Shown here piece after piece: positions 10,645 to 20,505 of a DNA stretch of 64,000 nucleotides (positions are counted from its first letter, which is position 1; each line of letters starts with the position of its first letter). Below the pieces are notes generated by a model, which was not told the DNA's origin, ran no database searches, and saw only the letters and a program-made list of their open reading frames with translations. The DNA comes from Meyerozyma guilliermondii. Taxonomy: Eukaryota. Position numbers and translations under genes: made by a program. The stretch lies in the NCBI GenBank assembly GCA_051546255.1, contig CP128817.1:310001-374000 (forward strand), written 5' to 3'.

Positions 10645-11607
10645 TTATAAAGGAGCATTTTTGAAGAGGTACGAGATACTCTCACCGTTATGAAGGCGTC
10701 TGACCGCCTCGGCAATCACGGCAGAAATATCGATGGTGTCGAGTTTGGGACACAACTCCAATTTTTCTTCGAATGGAACCGTGTTCGTGCACACGACCTT
10801 AGTTAACTTGGAGTTGTTGATGTTACTGATGGCATTTCCCGACAAAATTCCATGAGTCACAATGGCAATCACCTCCTTGGCATTGTTGTCCAAGAGAACT
10901 TCGGCAGCCTTGGCCAAAGTTCCACAAGTATCAGCCATATCGTCTACTATCACACAGATTTTATCGGTGACATCTCCGACCAAAACCATACGTGATACCT
11001 CGTTTGCTCTTGCTCTCTCCTTGTGAATCAATGCAAAGTTCAAATCCAATCTGTCAGCCAATCCTGCGGCTCTTTTGGCTCCACCAGCATCGGGTGAGAT
11101 TATAATCGCATCCTTGTAGTTTATTCTCTCCTTGATATACCTAACCACACTGGGTTCAGCATACAAGTTGTCCACTGGAACGTCGAAGAATCCCTGGATC
11201 TGTGACGCATGGAGATCCATGGTGATGACATGGTTGCAACCAGCAGTGGTGAGCATGTCTGCCATAAGTTTAGCAGTAATAGGAGCTCTGGATTTGTCCT
11301 TTCTGTCTTGTCTGGCATAAGGAAAGTTAGGCAAAATCACCGTGATACGACGAGCACTGGCAGTCCTACATGCGTTGATCATAATGAGTAACTCCAAAAC
11401 TCGATCATTGACAACACCAGATCCAATTTGACAAATGATGAAAATATCTTCATCTCTCACACTCTCACCAATGGAAAACTGAACCTCGTTTGTCGAATCT
11501 CTCTTAATTTCAGAGGGTGTGAGCTTCAATCCCAATCTCCGGGCCACTAGTTCGGCCAATCCACGATGAACATCACTAGCAAGTAACTTGATTGAGTTGG
11601 TCAGCAT
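10645..11607 (-). CDS. PRS3: Ribose-phosphate pyrophosphokinase
   Basis: [31 protein letters not shown] and [11 protein letters not shown] motifs. N-terminus M(S)TNSIKLLA is Prs3-type. Confidence 0.95.
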   Translation of the reverse strand: MLTNSIKLLASDVHRGLAELVARRLGLKLTPSEIKRDSTNEVQFSIGESVRDEDIFIICQIGSGVVNDRVLELLIMINACRTASARRITVILPNFPYARQDRKDKSRAPITAKLMADMLTTAGCNHVITMDLHASQIQGFFDVPVDNLYAEPSVVRYIKERINYKDAIIISPDAGGAKRAAGLADRLDLNFALIHKERARANEVSRMVLVGDVTDKICVIVDDMADTCGTLAKAAEVLLDNNAKEVIAIVTHGILSGNAISNINNSKLTKVVCTNTVPFEEKLELCPKLDTIDISAVIAEAVRRLHNGESISYLFKNAPL

Positions 11608-11742
11608 ACCGAATAAATCTTTTTATAAATTAAAGTAAAGTGACCTGGGGCACTTTCTGTTAGTTGTGGAGCCAGAAAAGGCAGAGAAAGAAAGTTTGAG
11701 GCTTGCACCAGGAGTTCCTAACTGGCGTTATCAACTCAACTT

Positions 11743-11762
11743 CTCATCGCACATTTTTTCGA
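11743..11762 (-). promoter_or_regulatory. PAC motif (GCGATGAG) with adjacent RRPE-like A-tract upstream of PRS3
   Basis: CTCATCGC at 11743-11750 followed by ACATTTTTTCGA, about 140 bp upstream of the ATG. Confidence 0.45.
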
Positions 11763-11829
11763 GTCGTGCCCAATCAAAGCGTGGGGTCCACAAGGTGCAG
11801 TCTGTTGGTTTATAAATGCATTATATAAC

Positions 11830-13335
11830 TTAGAAAAGGTCATCTATATCACCGTCTCCTTCGTCTTCGTCTTCTCCCTCGCCTGCTTCTCCCTCTCCTT
11901 CTTCTCCATCATCTCCATCTTCATCATCTTCGTCGATCGCATTTGCAGCCTCGGCTCGAGTACCTTCTTGAGCATCGACAATTTCCCGGTCCCGAATCTT
12001 CTCTGCCATCAATTTCGACAACTCACGCTTCTTAGAGTCCAAAGAAGCTTTAAGCGTGTTGTAACTGGTCTGGATCTTCATCTTCATCATCTTGTGCGTT
12101 GCAGATTCCAAGCCCTTGCGACGCACCTCCACTGCCTTCTCCAAGTCTGCTATCTCCTCTTCCAACATCTTCTGGTGCTGTTTGCCCGCCACTGTATCTT
12201 CGTCATCTTCATCGTCGTCGTCATCATCGTCATCTTCGTCATCATCATCTTCCTCTTCTTCGTCTTCTTCGGCGTCGTTTTCTGCTTCTTGAATCTCCTC
12301 ATTGAGTCCAACCACCATCTCTTTGTCTCCAATTTCGATTCTGTCGCCAACCTGCACGTCTTCCGTCTCCAAAGCTTTCGCCAATTCTTCTTCCAAATCA
12401 TCGCCTGGTTCCATATCTATGGTAGTTTGTTCCTGTGGAACTGGTGTTGAGGCCGCCGAGGGTGTTGGACTCTGAAATCTCTGGAAGTTCTGCTGGCTAG
12501 CATCTATTATGTCATAGTGGCTCTCTTCTGCTTCTTCATCAAGACGGAGAAGTGCTTCCACTTTGTTGTCTATATCGTCCATTACATTATGCGACACTTT
12601 TCGTGGACGAAACCGTCGATTGACATTTTCAAACGGATATACAAGCCCATCTCTGAGCACTGATTTGCTTGGCCTGAGCTCGTTCTTGGGTGACATTTGG
12701 TATAGCGGATGTACCAGTCTCATCTCTCGTGGAATATCAAAGTCTGTTTCAGGATTGACATTACTAGGATTAATTTGGCGGATCACCAAGAGAATTTGGC
12801 ATATATCCATGGTTTTAAAAATGTTTTTCTTGTCGAATGTCTTGTACAATTCGGTGATGGTGGGAAGTTCCAATAACCTTGCAGAATATAATGCTCCATT
12901 TATGCTAACCACTGCCTTCTCCCTTGTCATCCATTTGACGTTCAAGCCGGTAAAGTCGCCTGAGTCCACTGCATTATTTACAAAATCGAGATTTGCATCT
13001 GGTAGAAACCTGATAATAATTCCTTGTTCTAATAATGGATCATCTTCGACGTCTGGAGCCTCAGAATCATACCCTTCACCAGGAACTCGCGTGGGTTTCA
13101 CTCTAACCTTAGGAACTGTGCGTGGTTTTGATATTCCCTTGAGTAACTCATCGGTTGATGGCTTGTGTTTTTTGGAAGATAGATTGAGTTTAAGTTTTTT
13201 ACTTTCCTTTTTGATTGGTTTTTTTATCCCATTATTCGACGGAGGCTTGATTTTAATCTTGGGCGCTGGCAGTTCTGACCTTTCCTCTTGCAGACCGGGC
13301 GAAGAAGCCACTTTGAGCTTGAGCTTGAGAGGCAT
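11830..13335 (-). CDS. TAF7: TFIID subunit 7
   Basis: GEGYDSEAPDVEDDPLLEQGIIIRF and KTFDKKNIFKTMDICQIL (TAFII55 N domain), acidic tracts and a C-terminal coiled coil. First in-frame ATG is at 13335. Confidence 0.92.
   Translation of the reverse strand: MPLKLKLKVASSPGLQEERSELPAPKIKIKPPSNNGIKKPIKKESKKLKLNLSSKKHKPSTDELLKGISKPRTVPKVRVKPTRVPGEGYDSEAPDVEDDPLLEQGIIIRFLPDANLDFVNNAVDSGDFTGLNVKWMTREKAVVSINGALYSARLLELPTITELYKTFDKKNIFKTMDICQILLVIRQINPSNVNPETDFDIPREMRLVHPLYQMSPKNELRPSKSVLRDGLVYPFENVNRRFRPRKVSHNVMDDIDNKVEALLRLDEEAEESHYDIIDASQQNFQRFQSPTPSAASTPVPQEQTTIDMEPGDDLEEELAKALETEDVQVGDRIEIGDKEMVVGLNEEIQEAENDAEEDEEEEDDDDEDDDDDDDDEDDEDTVAGKQHQKMLEEEIADLEKAVEVRRKGLESATHKMMKMKIQTSYNTLKASLDSKKRELSKLMAEKIRDREIVDAQEGTRAEAANAIDEDDEDGDDGEEGEGEAGEGEDEDEGDGDIDDLF
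12196..12275 (-). repeat. Imperfect GAY/GAA trinucleotide tract encoding the poly-Asp/Glu stretch of Taf7
   Basis: Runs of tcatcatcg/tcttcttc on the + strand. Confidence 0.8.
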
Positions 13336-13936
13336 AACCGTGGTACTCACGGCTCATACCAACTTTCAAGTTGTATTATGGTGTTGGGATGTCTTTGGTG
13401 AGATGGAGTAGTTGCAGCCATAATTTGGATGTGAACAACAGTGTTAGAAGAGTAAACGGGATGAATTAGTGAAACTTTAAGGAGCGTGGTTTGCATTACC
13501 TGTTAGTTTTTACGAAATAAAAATTTGGAGATTAATTTGGAAGGGGTTATTTTAGTGTGGGGCGTATGAATTATCATCACTCTGCTACAATATCAGCAAT
13601 AAGAGCAGAATTTAATCTGGCATGAATAGGGAAAGTTCCTTCGGATTGTGTATCTTTTTGTTGCAGTCAAAACTGTATTTGCAAAATTTTAGTTTTTTGC
13701 TAAAATATCAAATTCTACTTGGGTTGCTAATGGGCTGTTAGACTTATAATTACCCATTGGTCCAAGAATGTCAATTTGAACAATCTCGTCTACCAGAATC
13801 AACAAAGAGTAAATCCAAGTTCCCCTTTCATACTAACTTTCTGTCATTTTTGAAAATTTCATTCTGTCATATTGCCTCAGCCGGAATTCGCAGCGATAAG
13901 CGCACTGAAAATTATTGCTATTGAAAACCACCAAGT

Positions 13937-16900
13937 ATGCCATCTGGTAGAAAACAAGATGGCCACCGACGCCGCTCGTCGTCTGTGCAAAGGAGGACTC
14001 GACAGCATTCGGTTACCTCGGTGGACTCGACAACAAGTAGTTTTTTCAACGAGGCTAACAACCATGAAATGTACTCGGGTGCTGTTTCAGAAATCATTCC
14101 TTCTTCCATTACCTCGTTTCATTATCCTCATCACTTTGGAAGTCGTGGGACTCGAAAGGGCCTGTCTGTTTCTCGAGAAACTTCACCTTTGTTGGCGGCG
14201 GACAACAGAAACGACATAGATTTACAATCTGTTCGATCCAACGCAACCTCAAGTTCGGCAGAATCTCAGTATGGATTCAAGTTTTTCAGAGCAGATGAGA
14301 TCGAAATGGCGCCAGGAGGTTCAACCCTCGAAAACCCAGAAGATCCCGTCGATTACAATACCGATTGGGACTACTCAGTAGACAAGTATGAAGAAGACCA
14401 GCCATCATTATTTCATTCACTTCAAGGTGCTACCCCAGGCTCAGCTGAATACGATGCCATAAACCAGCTCCACCGTACCGGATCTTCTAGTGGTGCTATC
14501 AATGACAATGAAAGTAGTTATGGATCTATTCATTCGTCGACTGCGTCGCTATTTGAAAGAAGAAACCGCAGAGGTTCAGATGAATCTGGTAAAAATGGTT
14601 CAGAAAGCATTGATGAGTCCGCTTCCCTTCATCTGGGCTCAGATGTCCACGACTCTTCAAAGTATCAGCCAGTGTCGGAGTACCAAAGGTTCTATTTGGC
14701 AGAAGAAGATTTGGTAATAGGAATTGCTGGATACTCAAATTGTCGCTGGAAAATATTCTTGTACTATGCTTTATGCATACTAACCTTGGGTTTGGGATAT
14801 CTAGTATTACGATGGCTGCCTCGTTATCGTATCAGCTTGATGGGAAACAAATGTCCATTGGGGCGTGCCGATTGGTGTGTGATTGAAAACGAATATGGTG
14901 AGTTATCCATTGTTCAAATCAATAAGAGAAGATACAACGAAAGACTTTCTTCGTTTCTTGCACTTCCAAAAGTTGCGGACGACGAAAGCAAATTAGATGA
15001 GACTGCCGACCTCAACCCAGTGGTTCAAAACTTACTCAGCTTTAGCTATCGCTACCTTCGGTTTTTTTACAGTCCAGTCGAGGATATCTTTAGAACAAAT
15101 TCAACGTGGTACGACAGCCATTGGACTAACTTAAAAAGCATCAAGGAAGGAATTTCTCAATCAACACAAGAGCAGAGAATCCATAATTTTGGTGAGAACA
15201 ATATTGAAATCGAGGAAAAGTCTATCATGCTGCTTCTCACTGACGAAGTATTACATCCGTTTTATGTGTTTCAAGTGTTCTCCGTCTTCCTCTGGCTTGC
15301 CGACGATTATTTTTATTATGCATCGTGTATCTTTTTCATTTCGTTGATTTCCATCGTCAACAGTTTAATCGAAACCAAGTCCACCATGAGAAGACTTCAA
15401 GAGATTTCCAAGTTTGTATGCGAAGTTAGAGTGTGGAGAAATGGTTTTTGGAAACAGGTAGATTCTAACGACTTGGTGCCTGGAGATGTCTTTGAAGTCG
15501 ACCCTTCCATGACGGTTGTTCCTTGCGATGCTCTTTTAACCAATGGTGAATGTGTGATAAATGAATCAATGTTGACAGGAGAGAGTGTTCCAGTATCTAA
15601 AATTGCTGCTACTTCTGAAACAACCCAATTGCTCTCTGAAGATTTCACATCTCCATTGGTAGCAAGATCACAATTATACAATGGAACTAAGATATTGAAG
15701 ATAAAGACATACAACGATTCCCCCGTTATGGCTATGGTACTCAAGACTGGTTTTAATACCACGAAAGGATCTCTTGTTCGTTCCATGTTGTTCCCCAAGC
15801 CAGTTGGTTTCAAGTTCTATGAAGACTCTTTCAAGTATATTGGGTTCATGGCTCTAATTGCTGCAATTGGGTTTACTTATTCCACATACAACTTTATCAA
15901 GCTTGGCTTACCAAAGAAGCTCATGATACTAAGAGCATTGGATATCATCACCATTGTCGTTCCACCCGCTTTACCTGCGACACTCACTATCGGTACTACT
16001 TTTGCAATCAGCAGATTGAAGAAACTTCAAATCTTCTGCATCGCTCCCACCAGAGTCAATATTGGGGGAAAACTCGATGTGTTATGCTTTGACAAAACTG
16101 GTACTTTGACAGAAGATGGGTTAGATGTGTTGGGCGTTCATGTAGCGAACAACGCAACTGGACGTAAAGAAATCATTTTTGACGATTTGGAAAGCGAAAT
16201 TGAGACTCTTTGCAAGAAAGTGGACTACAATAAGGCAACCAAACTGGAATCTAATGCTCACAAATCTTCGCACGAGGAAGTTCTCTTGGGGTGTATGACA
16301 GCATGCCACTCGTTGAGACTCATCGAGGGAGAGTTACTTGGTGATCCATTGGATGTCAAGATGTTTGGTTTTACTAAATGGAACTTTACTGAGAACGTTG
16401 AAGATTCCAAGAGTGCGGTTCATCCTGGATCTGAGATACATTCCGGTTACTTGATCGTCTCCGAGTTTGAGTTTGTTGCGTCCCTAAGACGTATGTCTGT
16501 TATAACGTCCAAAGATGATACTGGCTATGTCTTTTGCAAAGGTGCACCTGAAGTCATGATTGAAATTTGTAATCCAGAGAGTATTCCCACGGATTATGAC
16601 GAGCTTCTTCACCATTATACTCATAATGGCTATCGTGTGATTGCATGTGCTTACAAGACAGTCGATGCTTCCAAGAAACTCGAACGTGAATCTGCCGAAT
16701 CAAATCTCACATTTATTGGGTTCATTGTCTTTGAGAACAAATTGAAGCCCTCGAGTAAACCAACTTTGAATAAATTGAACGCTGCAAAAATCAGAACCGT
16801 GATGTGTACTGGTGACAATATCTTGACTGCCGTTAGTGTTGCCAAAGAATGTGAGCTTGTGGCTCCAGAAGTTCAACACATTTACTTACCCTCGTTTACC

Positions 16901-18085
16901 GAAGGTAATGATACGGGAATAACATGGGAGAACATGAACGACCCAGATCTCAAATTGGATCCGTATACTTTAAGACCCATAGAAATGGACTTAAGAGCAG
17001 AAACACCAGAGTCCTATAAATTGGCTATAACCGGTGACATTTTCCGCTACTTGTTGACAGAAGTCAGGAATAATACCCTCACGCAACAGCTTTTGATGAA
17101 CTGTGATGTGTTTGCCAGAATGAGCCCCGATGAAAAGCACGAATTGGTCGAGCAACTCAGAAAATTAGACTATACTGTTGGATTTTGTGGTGATGGAGCA
17201 AACGATTGCGGAGCATTGAAGGCAGCAGATGTTGGTGTATCCTTGTCGGAAGCCGAAGCTTCGGTGGCTGCTCCATTCACTTCAAGAGTGTTCGAGATAT
17301 CATGTGTATTGGACGTTATTCGAGAGGGAAGATCAAGTCTTGTCACCAGTTTTTCCTGCTTCAAGTATATGTCCTTGTACTCAGCCATCCAGTTCATTAC
17401 CGTGACAATTCTTTACAAGAGGGGCACTAATTTGGGAGATTTCCAGTTTCTTTACATCGATCTTTTCTTGATTCTCCCATTGGCTATTTTCATGTCATGG
17501 TCCAAACCCTATGAAAAAATTGTCGTAAAGAGACCAACAGCAAACCTTGTATCACCCAAGGTGTTAATACCATTATGTTGTCATATTCTTGTCATTTTAT
17601 TCTTCCAAATTGCTGTGTGGTTATATGTTCAACATCAACCTTGGTATCTCAAACCTGTGCCTGGAGGTGACGACGAGGTAAAATCTTCTGATAACTCAAT
17701 TCTTTTCCTCTTCACTAATTTGCAGTATATTCTTATTGCTATAGTGTTGAGTACTGGCCCACCATATCGGGAACCAATGACAAAGAACAAACCATTCTTA
17801 CTCAATGTGGCTGTTGCTATAGGTATTTCTGTTGCCCTTTTCCTGGTCGAAGGGGATTCTTGGATGGGAAATCTTATGCAACTCACAAATATGTCAAGAG
17901 GAGCATACTGGATAATTATTGGTGCTGCTATTTTGAATTTGCTAGTGATGTTGGCTGGAGAAGAAACTTGGTTTGTGAATTTTGCGCGGACTTTCAAGCG
18001 AGTATTTCACCGTGCGTCGCTTGGAAAAAGTAAGAAATTGTTCAAGAACTTGAAGAGAGAGTTTGCTCGTATAGAAAGTGTATAG
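13937..18085 (+). CDS. YPK9: P5B-type ATPase (ATP13A2/PARK9 orthologue)
   Basis: LTGES, TM4 PPALP, DKTGTLT and GDGANDCGALKAA motifs. Confidence 0.95.
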   Translation: MPSGRKQDGHRRRSSSVQRRTRQHSVTSVDSTTSSFFNEANNHEMYSGAVSEIIPSSITSFHYPHHFGSRGTRKGLSVSRETSPLLAADNRNDIDLQSVRSNATSSSAESQYGFKFFRADEIEMAPGGSTLENPEDPVDYNTDWDYSVDKYEEDQPSLFHSLQGATPGSAEYDAINQLHRTGSSSGAINDNESSYGSIHSSTASLFERRNRRGSDESGKNGSESIDESASLHLGSDVHDSSKYQPVSEYQRFYLAEEDLVIGIAGYSNCRWKIFLYYALCILTLGLGYLVLRWLPRYRISLMGNKCPLGRADWCVIENEYGELSIVQINKRRYNERLSSFLALPKVADDESKLDETADLNPVVQNLLSFSYRYLRFFYSPVEDIFRTNSTWYDSHWTNLKSIKEGISQSTQEQRIHNFGENNIEIEEKSIMLLLTDEVLHPFYVFQVFSVFLWLADDYFYYASCIFFISLISIVNSLIETKSTMRRLQEISKFVCEVRVWRNGFWKQVDSNDLVPGDVFEVDPSMTVVPCDALLTNGECVINESMLTGESVPVSKIAATSETTQLLSEDFTSPLVARSQLYNGTKILKIKTYNDSPVMAMVLKTGFNTTKGSLVRSMLFPKPVGFKFYEDSFKYIGFMALIAAIGFTYSTYNFIKLGLPKKLMILRALDIITIVVPPALPATLTIGTTFAISRLKKLQIFCIAPTRVNIGGKLDVLCFDKTGTLTEDGLDVLGVHVANNATGRKEIIFDDLESEIETLCKKVDYNKATKLESNAHKSSHEEVLLGCMTACHSLRLIEGELLGDPLDVKMFGFTKWNFTENVEDSKSAVHPGSEIHSGYLIVSEFEFVASLRRMSVITSKDDTGYVFCKGAPEVMIEICNPESIPTDYDELLHHYTHNGYRVIACAYKTVDASKKLERESAESNLTFIGFIVFENKLKPSSKPTLNKLNAAKIRTVMCTGDNILTAVSVAKECELVAPEVQHIYLPSFTEGNDTGITWENMNDPDLKLDPYTLRPIEMDLRAETPESYKLAITGDIFRYLLTEVRNNTLTQQLLMNCDVFARMSPDEKHELVEQLRKLDYTVGFCGDGANDCGALKAADVGVSLSEAEASVAAPFTSRVFEISCVLDVIREGRSSLVTSFSCFKYMSLYSAIQFITVTILYKRGTNLGDFQFLYIDLFLILPLAIFMSWSKPYEKIVVKRPTANLVSPKVLIPLCCHILVILFFQIAVWLYVQHQPWYLKPVPGGDDEVKSSDNSILFLFTNLQYILIAIVLSTGPPYREPMTKNKPFLLNVAVAIGISVALFLVEGDSWMGNLMQLTNMSRGAYWIIIGAAILNLLVMLAGEETWFVNFARTFKRVFHRASLGKSKKLFKNLKREFARIESV

Positions 18086-18134
18086 TTGAACAAGAACATT
18101 AAGCTGCAAAAAAATGTTGCAAAGTAAAAAATAA

Positions 18135-18206
18135 TGAACACGCCCAGGATCGAACTGGAGATCTTCTGCGTGTGAAGCAGACGTCATACCACTAGACCAC
18201 GCGTCC
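18135..18206 (-). tRNA. tRNA-Val(CAC), copy 1 (A3:U70)
   Basis: GGACGCGTGGTCTAGTGGTATGACGTCTGCTT-CAC-ACGCAGAAGATCTCCAGTTCGATCCTGGGCGTGTTCA folds into a cloverleaf. A T-run terminator follows. Confidence 0.95.
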
Positions 18207-18364
18207 ATTTCTGGATGAGAAACACTCTGAGAAACTTAGGAGGTAAAGCAAAACAGGTTCAAGTGATTAAGCAGGACATGGAGTTGCTTGAAGTGTGAAT
18301 TTGCACCAGAGTAAAAATTAGTCTGTCCAGGGTGTTTTTTGAGAGCTTGAAAATTAAAAAAATT

Positions 18365-18436
18365 TGATCACGCCCAGGATCGAACTGGAGATCTTCTGCG
18401 TGTGAAGCAGACGTCATACCACTAGACCACGCGACC
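18365..18436 (-). tRNA. tRNA-Val(CAC), copy 2 (U3:A70)
   Basis: Identical to copy 1 except at positions 3 and 70. It has its own T-run terminator. Confidence 0.95.
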
Positions 18437-18709
18437 AATTATTGGATGAGAAGCTCTCACGTGCGCATATATACTAGCAGCCGGAGTCATCACAACTATT
18501 CCGAGCGCAAAAATAGTTTGTCCTAATAAATATGCTTAGGTACAGGTTTTGGCCTCTAGTAATAGTTAATGATCTTCATTTCGTAATCGGAGATAGTGCC
18601 ACCCCTTATAACACCAGCGCAAATCTTTGTAAGATCCCGAATACCCGATCTTGCATGGCCATTATTGGCCCATTATACGTGCCAAGCTCGTGAATTCACC
18701 CGCATTCAG

Positions 18710-18836
18710 GTGGGGTCGATGCCCGGGACGGCATATAGGCCCAAACCCTGCCGCAATGCCGCCTGGCGCGCATTGAAGTCCGAGCGCAGTAGCCGAAACC
18801 AGCGAATTTTGTGGGGTTGAGCGATGATAGGTGGGG
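18710..18836 (+). promoter_or_regulatory. Cluster of GTGGGG (Mig1/Adr1-type) sites upstream of the ATO gene
   Basis: GTGGGG at 18710, 18811 (preceded by AATTTT, matching the Mig1 consensus) and 18831. A TATA-like element lies near 18876. Confidence 0.45.
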
Positions 18837-18991
18837 CTTTTGAGCAACGCACATATATATACGAAATTTGTGGGTATAATATAAAAAGTCACAGTTCCCA
18901 ACAGATGCGCAAATATTTATTAAACTACTAACAAGGCAAATCAGGCAATATTTTTCAACCACCTATTTAAATATTTATTACTCATCTTTTA

Positions 18992-19759
18992 ATGACTTCA
19001 TCTAACGATTCCGTCCATTCCAAGGACACCAGCTCTATCGAGGAGGTTGGTGGAATTCGCACCGCTGGTGACGGTGACGAATTCGTCATCATTGGTAAGC
19101 AAAAATTTTACAAGCATGAATTGATGAATGCCTTTGGTGGTACGTTGAACCCTGGTTTAGCTCCATACCCTGCCAACAAGTTTGCCAACCCAGCGCCGTT
19201 GGGGCTTAGTGCTTTCTCGTTGACCACTTTTGTGTTGTCCATGTATAACGCTCGTGCCATGGGTATCTCTGTTCCCAATGTTGTTGTTGGTTTGGCTGCG
19301 TTCTACGGAGGTGCAGTGCAGTTTTTGGCAGGAGTTTGGGAGTTGGCTGTGGGAAACACTTTTGGTGGAACCGCTTTGACGTCTTACGGTGCATTCTGGT
19401 TATCTTTTGCTGCCATCAATGTCGAAAATTTTGGTATTGCTGCCGCTTACGGCGACGATGTTACCCAATTCCATAATGCCGTTGGGTTCTATCTCATTGC
19501 CTGGGGAATTTTCACGTTCATGTTGTGGCTCTGCACCATCAAATCTACTTTGGCCTTCACATCGTTGTTCTTCTTATTGTTTTTGACGTTTATCTTATTG
19601 GGTGCTGGTGATTTAACAGGCAAGCTTGGGGTAACCAGAGCCGGAGGTGTGATGGGTGTGATCACTGCGTTTGTAGGTTTCTACAACGCATTCGCCGGTG
19701 TGGCCACCAAACAAAACTCCTACTTTGTCGCCAACCCCATCCCATTGGCTCGCAAGTAG
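18992..19759 (+). CDS. Acetate/ammonia transporter, Gpr1/Fun34/YaaH (Ady2/Ato) family
   Basis: AFGGTLNPG, FANPAPLGL and SYGAFW motifs, with about 6 TM segments. Confidence 0.95.
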   Translation: MTSSNDSVHSKDTSSIEEVGGIRTAGDGDEFVIIGKQKFYKHELMNAFGGTLNPGLAPYPANKFANPAPLGLSAFSLTTFVLSMYNARAMGISVPNVVVGLAAFYGGAVQFLAGVWELAVGNTFGGTALTSYGAFWLSFAAINVENFGIAAAYGDDVTQFHNAVGFYLIAWGIFTFMLWLCTIKSTLAFTSLFFLLFLTFILLGAGDLTGKLGVTRAGGVMGVITAFVGFYNAFAGVATKQNSYFVANPIPLARK

Positions 19760-19883
19760 TATTTATTCAAATAATTTAATGTTTAACTTCAACTTAGCGC
19801 CCGTGCAGGATGTATCGAAGCCGTGTCCTGCACACCTGTACCCACGTTTCTAATTTATCGCAGCCGTCGTCTTTCTAACCCTA

Positions 19884-20231
19884 ATGTCTAGTCAGAATAA
19901 GAGAATCGCCCTTCCCGCCAGAGTGGAACCCAAGGTGTTCTTTGCCAACGAGAGAACATTCTTGTCATGGCTCAACTTTACCGTCATCTTGGGGTCACTT
20001 GGTGTGGGTCTTTTGAACTTTGGTGATTCGATTGGCAGGGTCTCTGCTGGTTTGTTCACATTTATTGCCATGTTGACCATGGTATACGCCTTAGTCACAT
20101 ACCACTGGAGAGCCAGAGCCATCAGGTTGAGAGGATCTGGTCCATACGATGATCGTTTTGGTCCTACAATGCTTTGTTTCTTCTTGTTAATAGCAGTGGT
20201 GGTCAACTTTGTGTTGAGAATACGGGCATAG
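19884..20231 (+). CDS. VTC1: Vacuolar transporter chaperone subunit 1
   Basis: [18 protein letters not shown]...GPYDDRFGP, with 3 TM segments. Confidence 0.95.
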   Translation: MSSQNKRIALPARVEPKVFFANERTFLSWLNFTVILGSLGVGLLNFGDSIGRVSAGLFTFIAMLTMVYALVTYHWRARAIRLRGSGPYDDRFGPTMLCFFLLIAVVVNFVLRIRA

Positions 20232-20505
20232 ACAGACCGATAATAAAACATTGTGTTACAGGCTGTAGCACACAATCAATTAAGTGTCAATTGAGGGCCA
20301 TTTTTCTACAAGTCAAACAACGTTCCATTATTACATTTTTATCAATATAATTCAATTATGGCTTATCCAATCCAATTATTTGTGGTGGCAATTGCAATTT
20401 CTCATTGTACTTGTCTAGATATCTTCACCTCTTTGCTCTTCTGTTCCTCCTCTCCTCACTCTTATCCCATTCTCACGCCTCCACACACCATTTCTTCCTA
20501 TCAAC

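Noticed and set aside
11968..12450. Antisense ORFs with poly-Ser, His-rich or hydrophobic runs
   Set aside because: They are shadows of the Taf7 acidic trinucleotide tract.
13574..13580. Box C-like GTGATGA on the minus strand (possible snoRNA)
   Set aside because: No box D (CTGA) occurs at a suitable distance.
17942..18208. Short ORFs over tRNA genes (also 54488-54856)
   Set aside because: They are translations of tRNA sequence.
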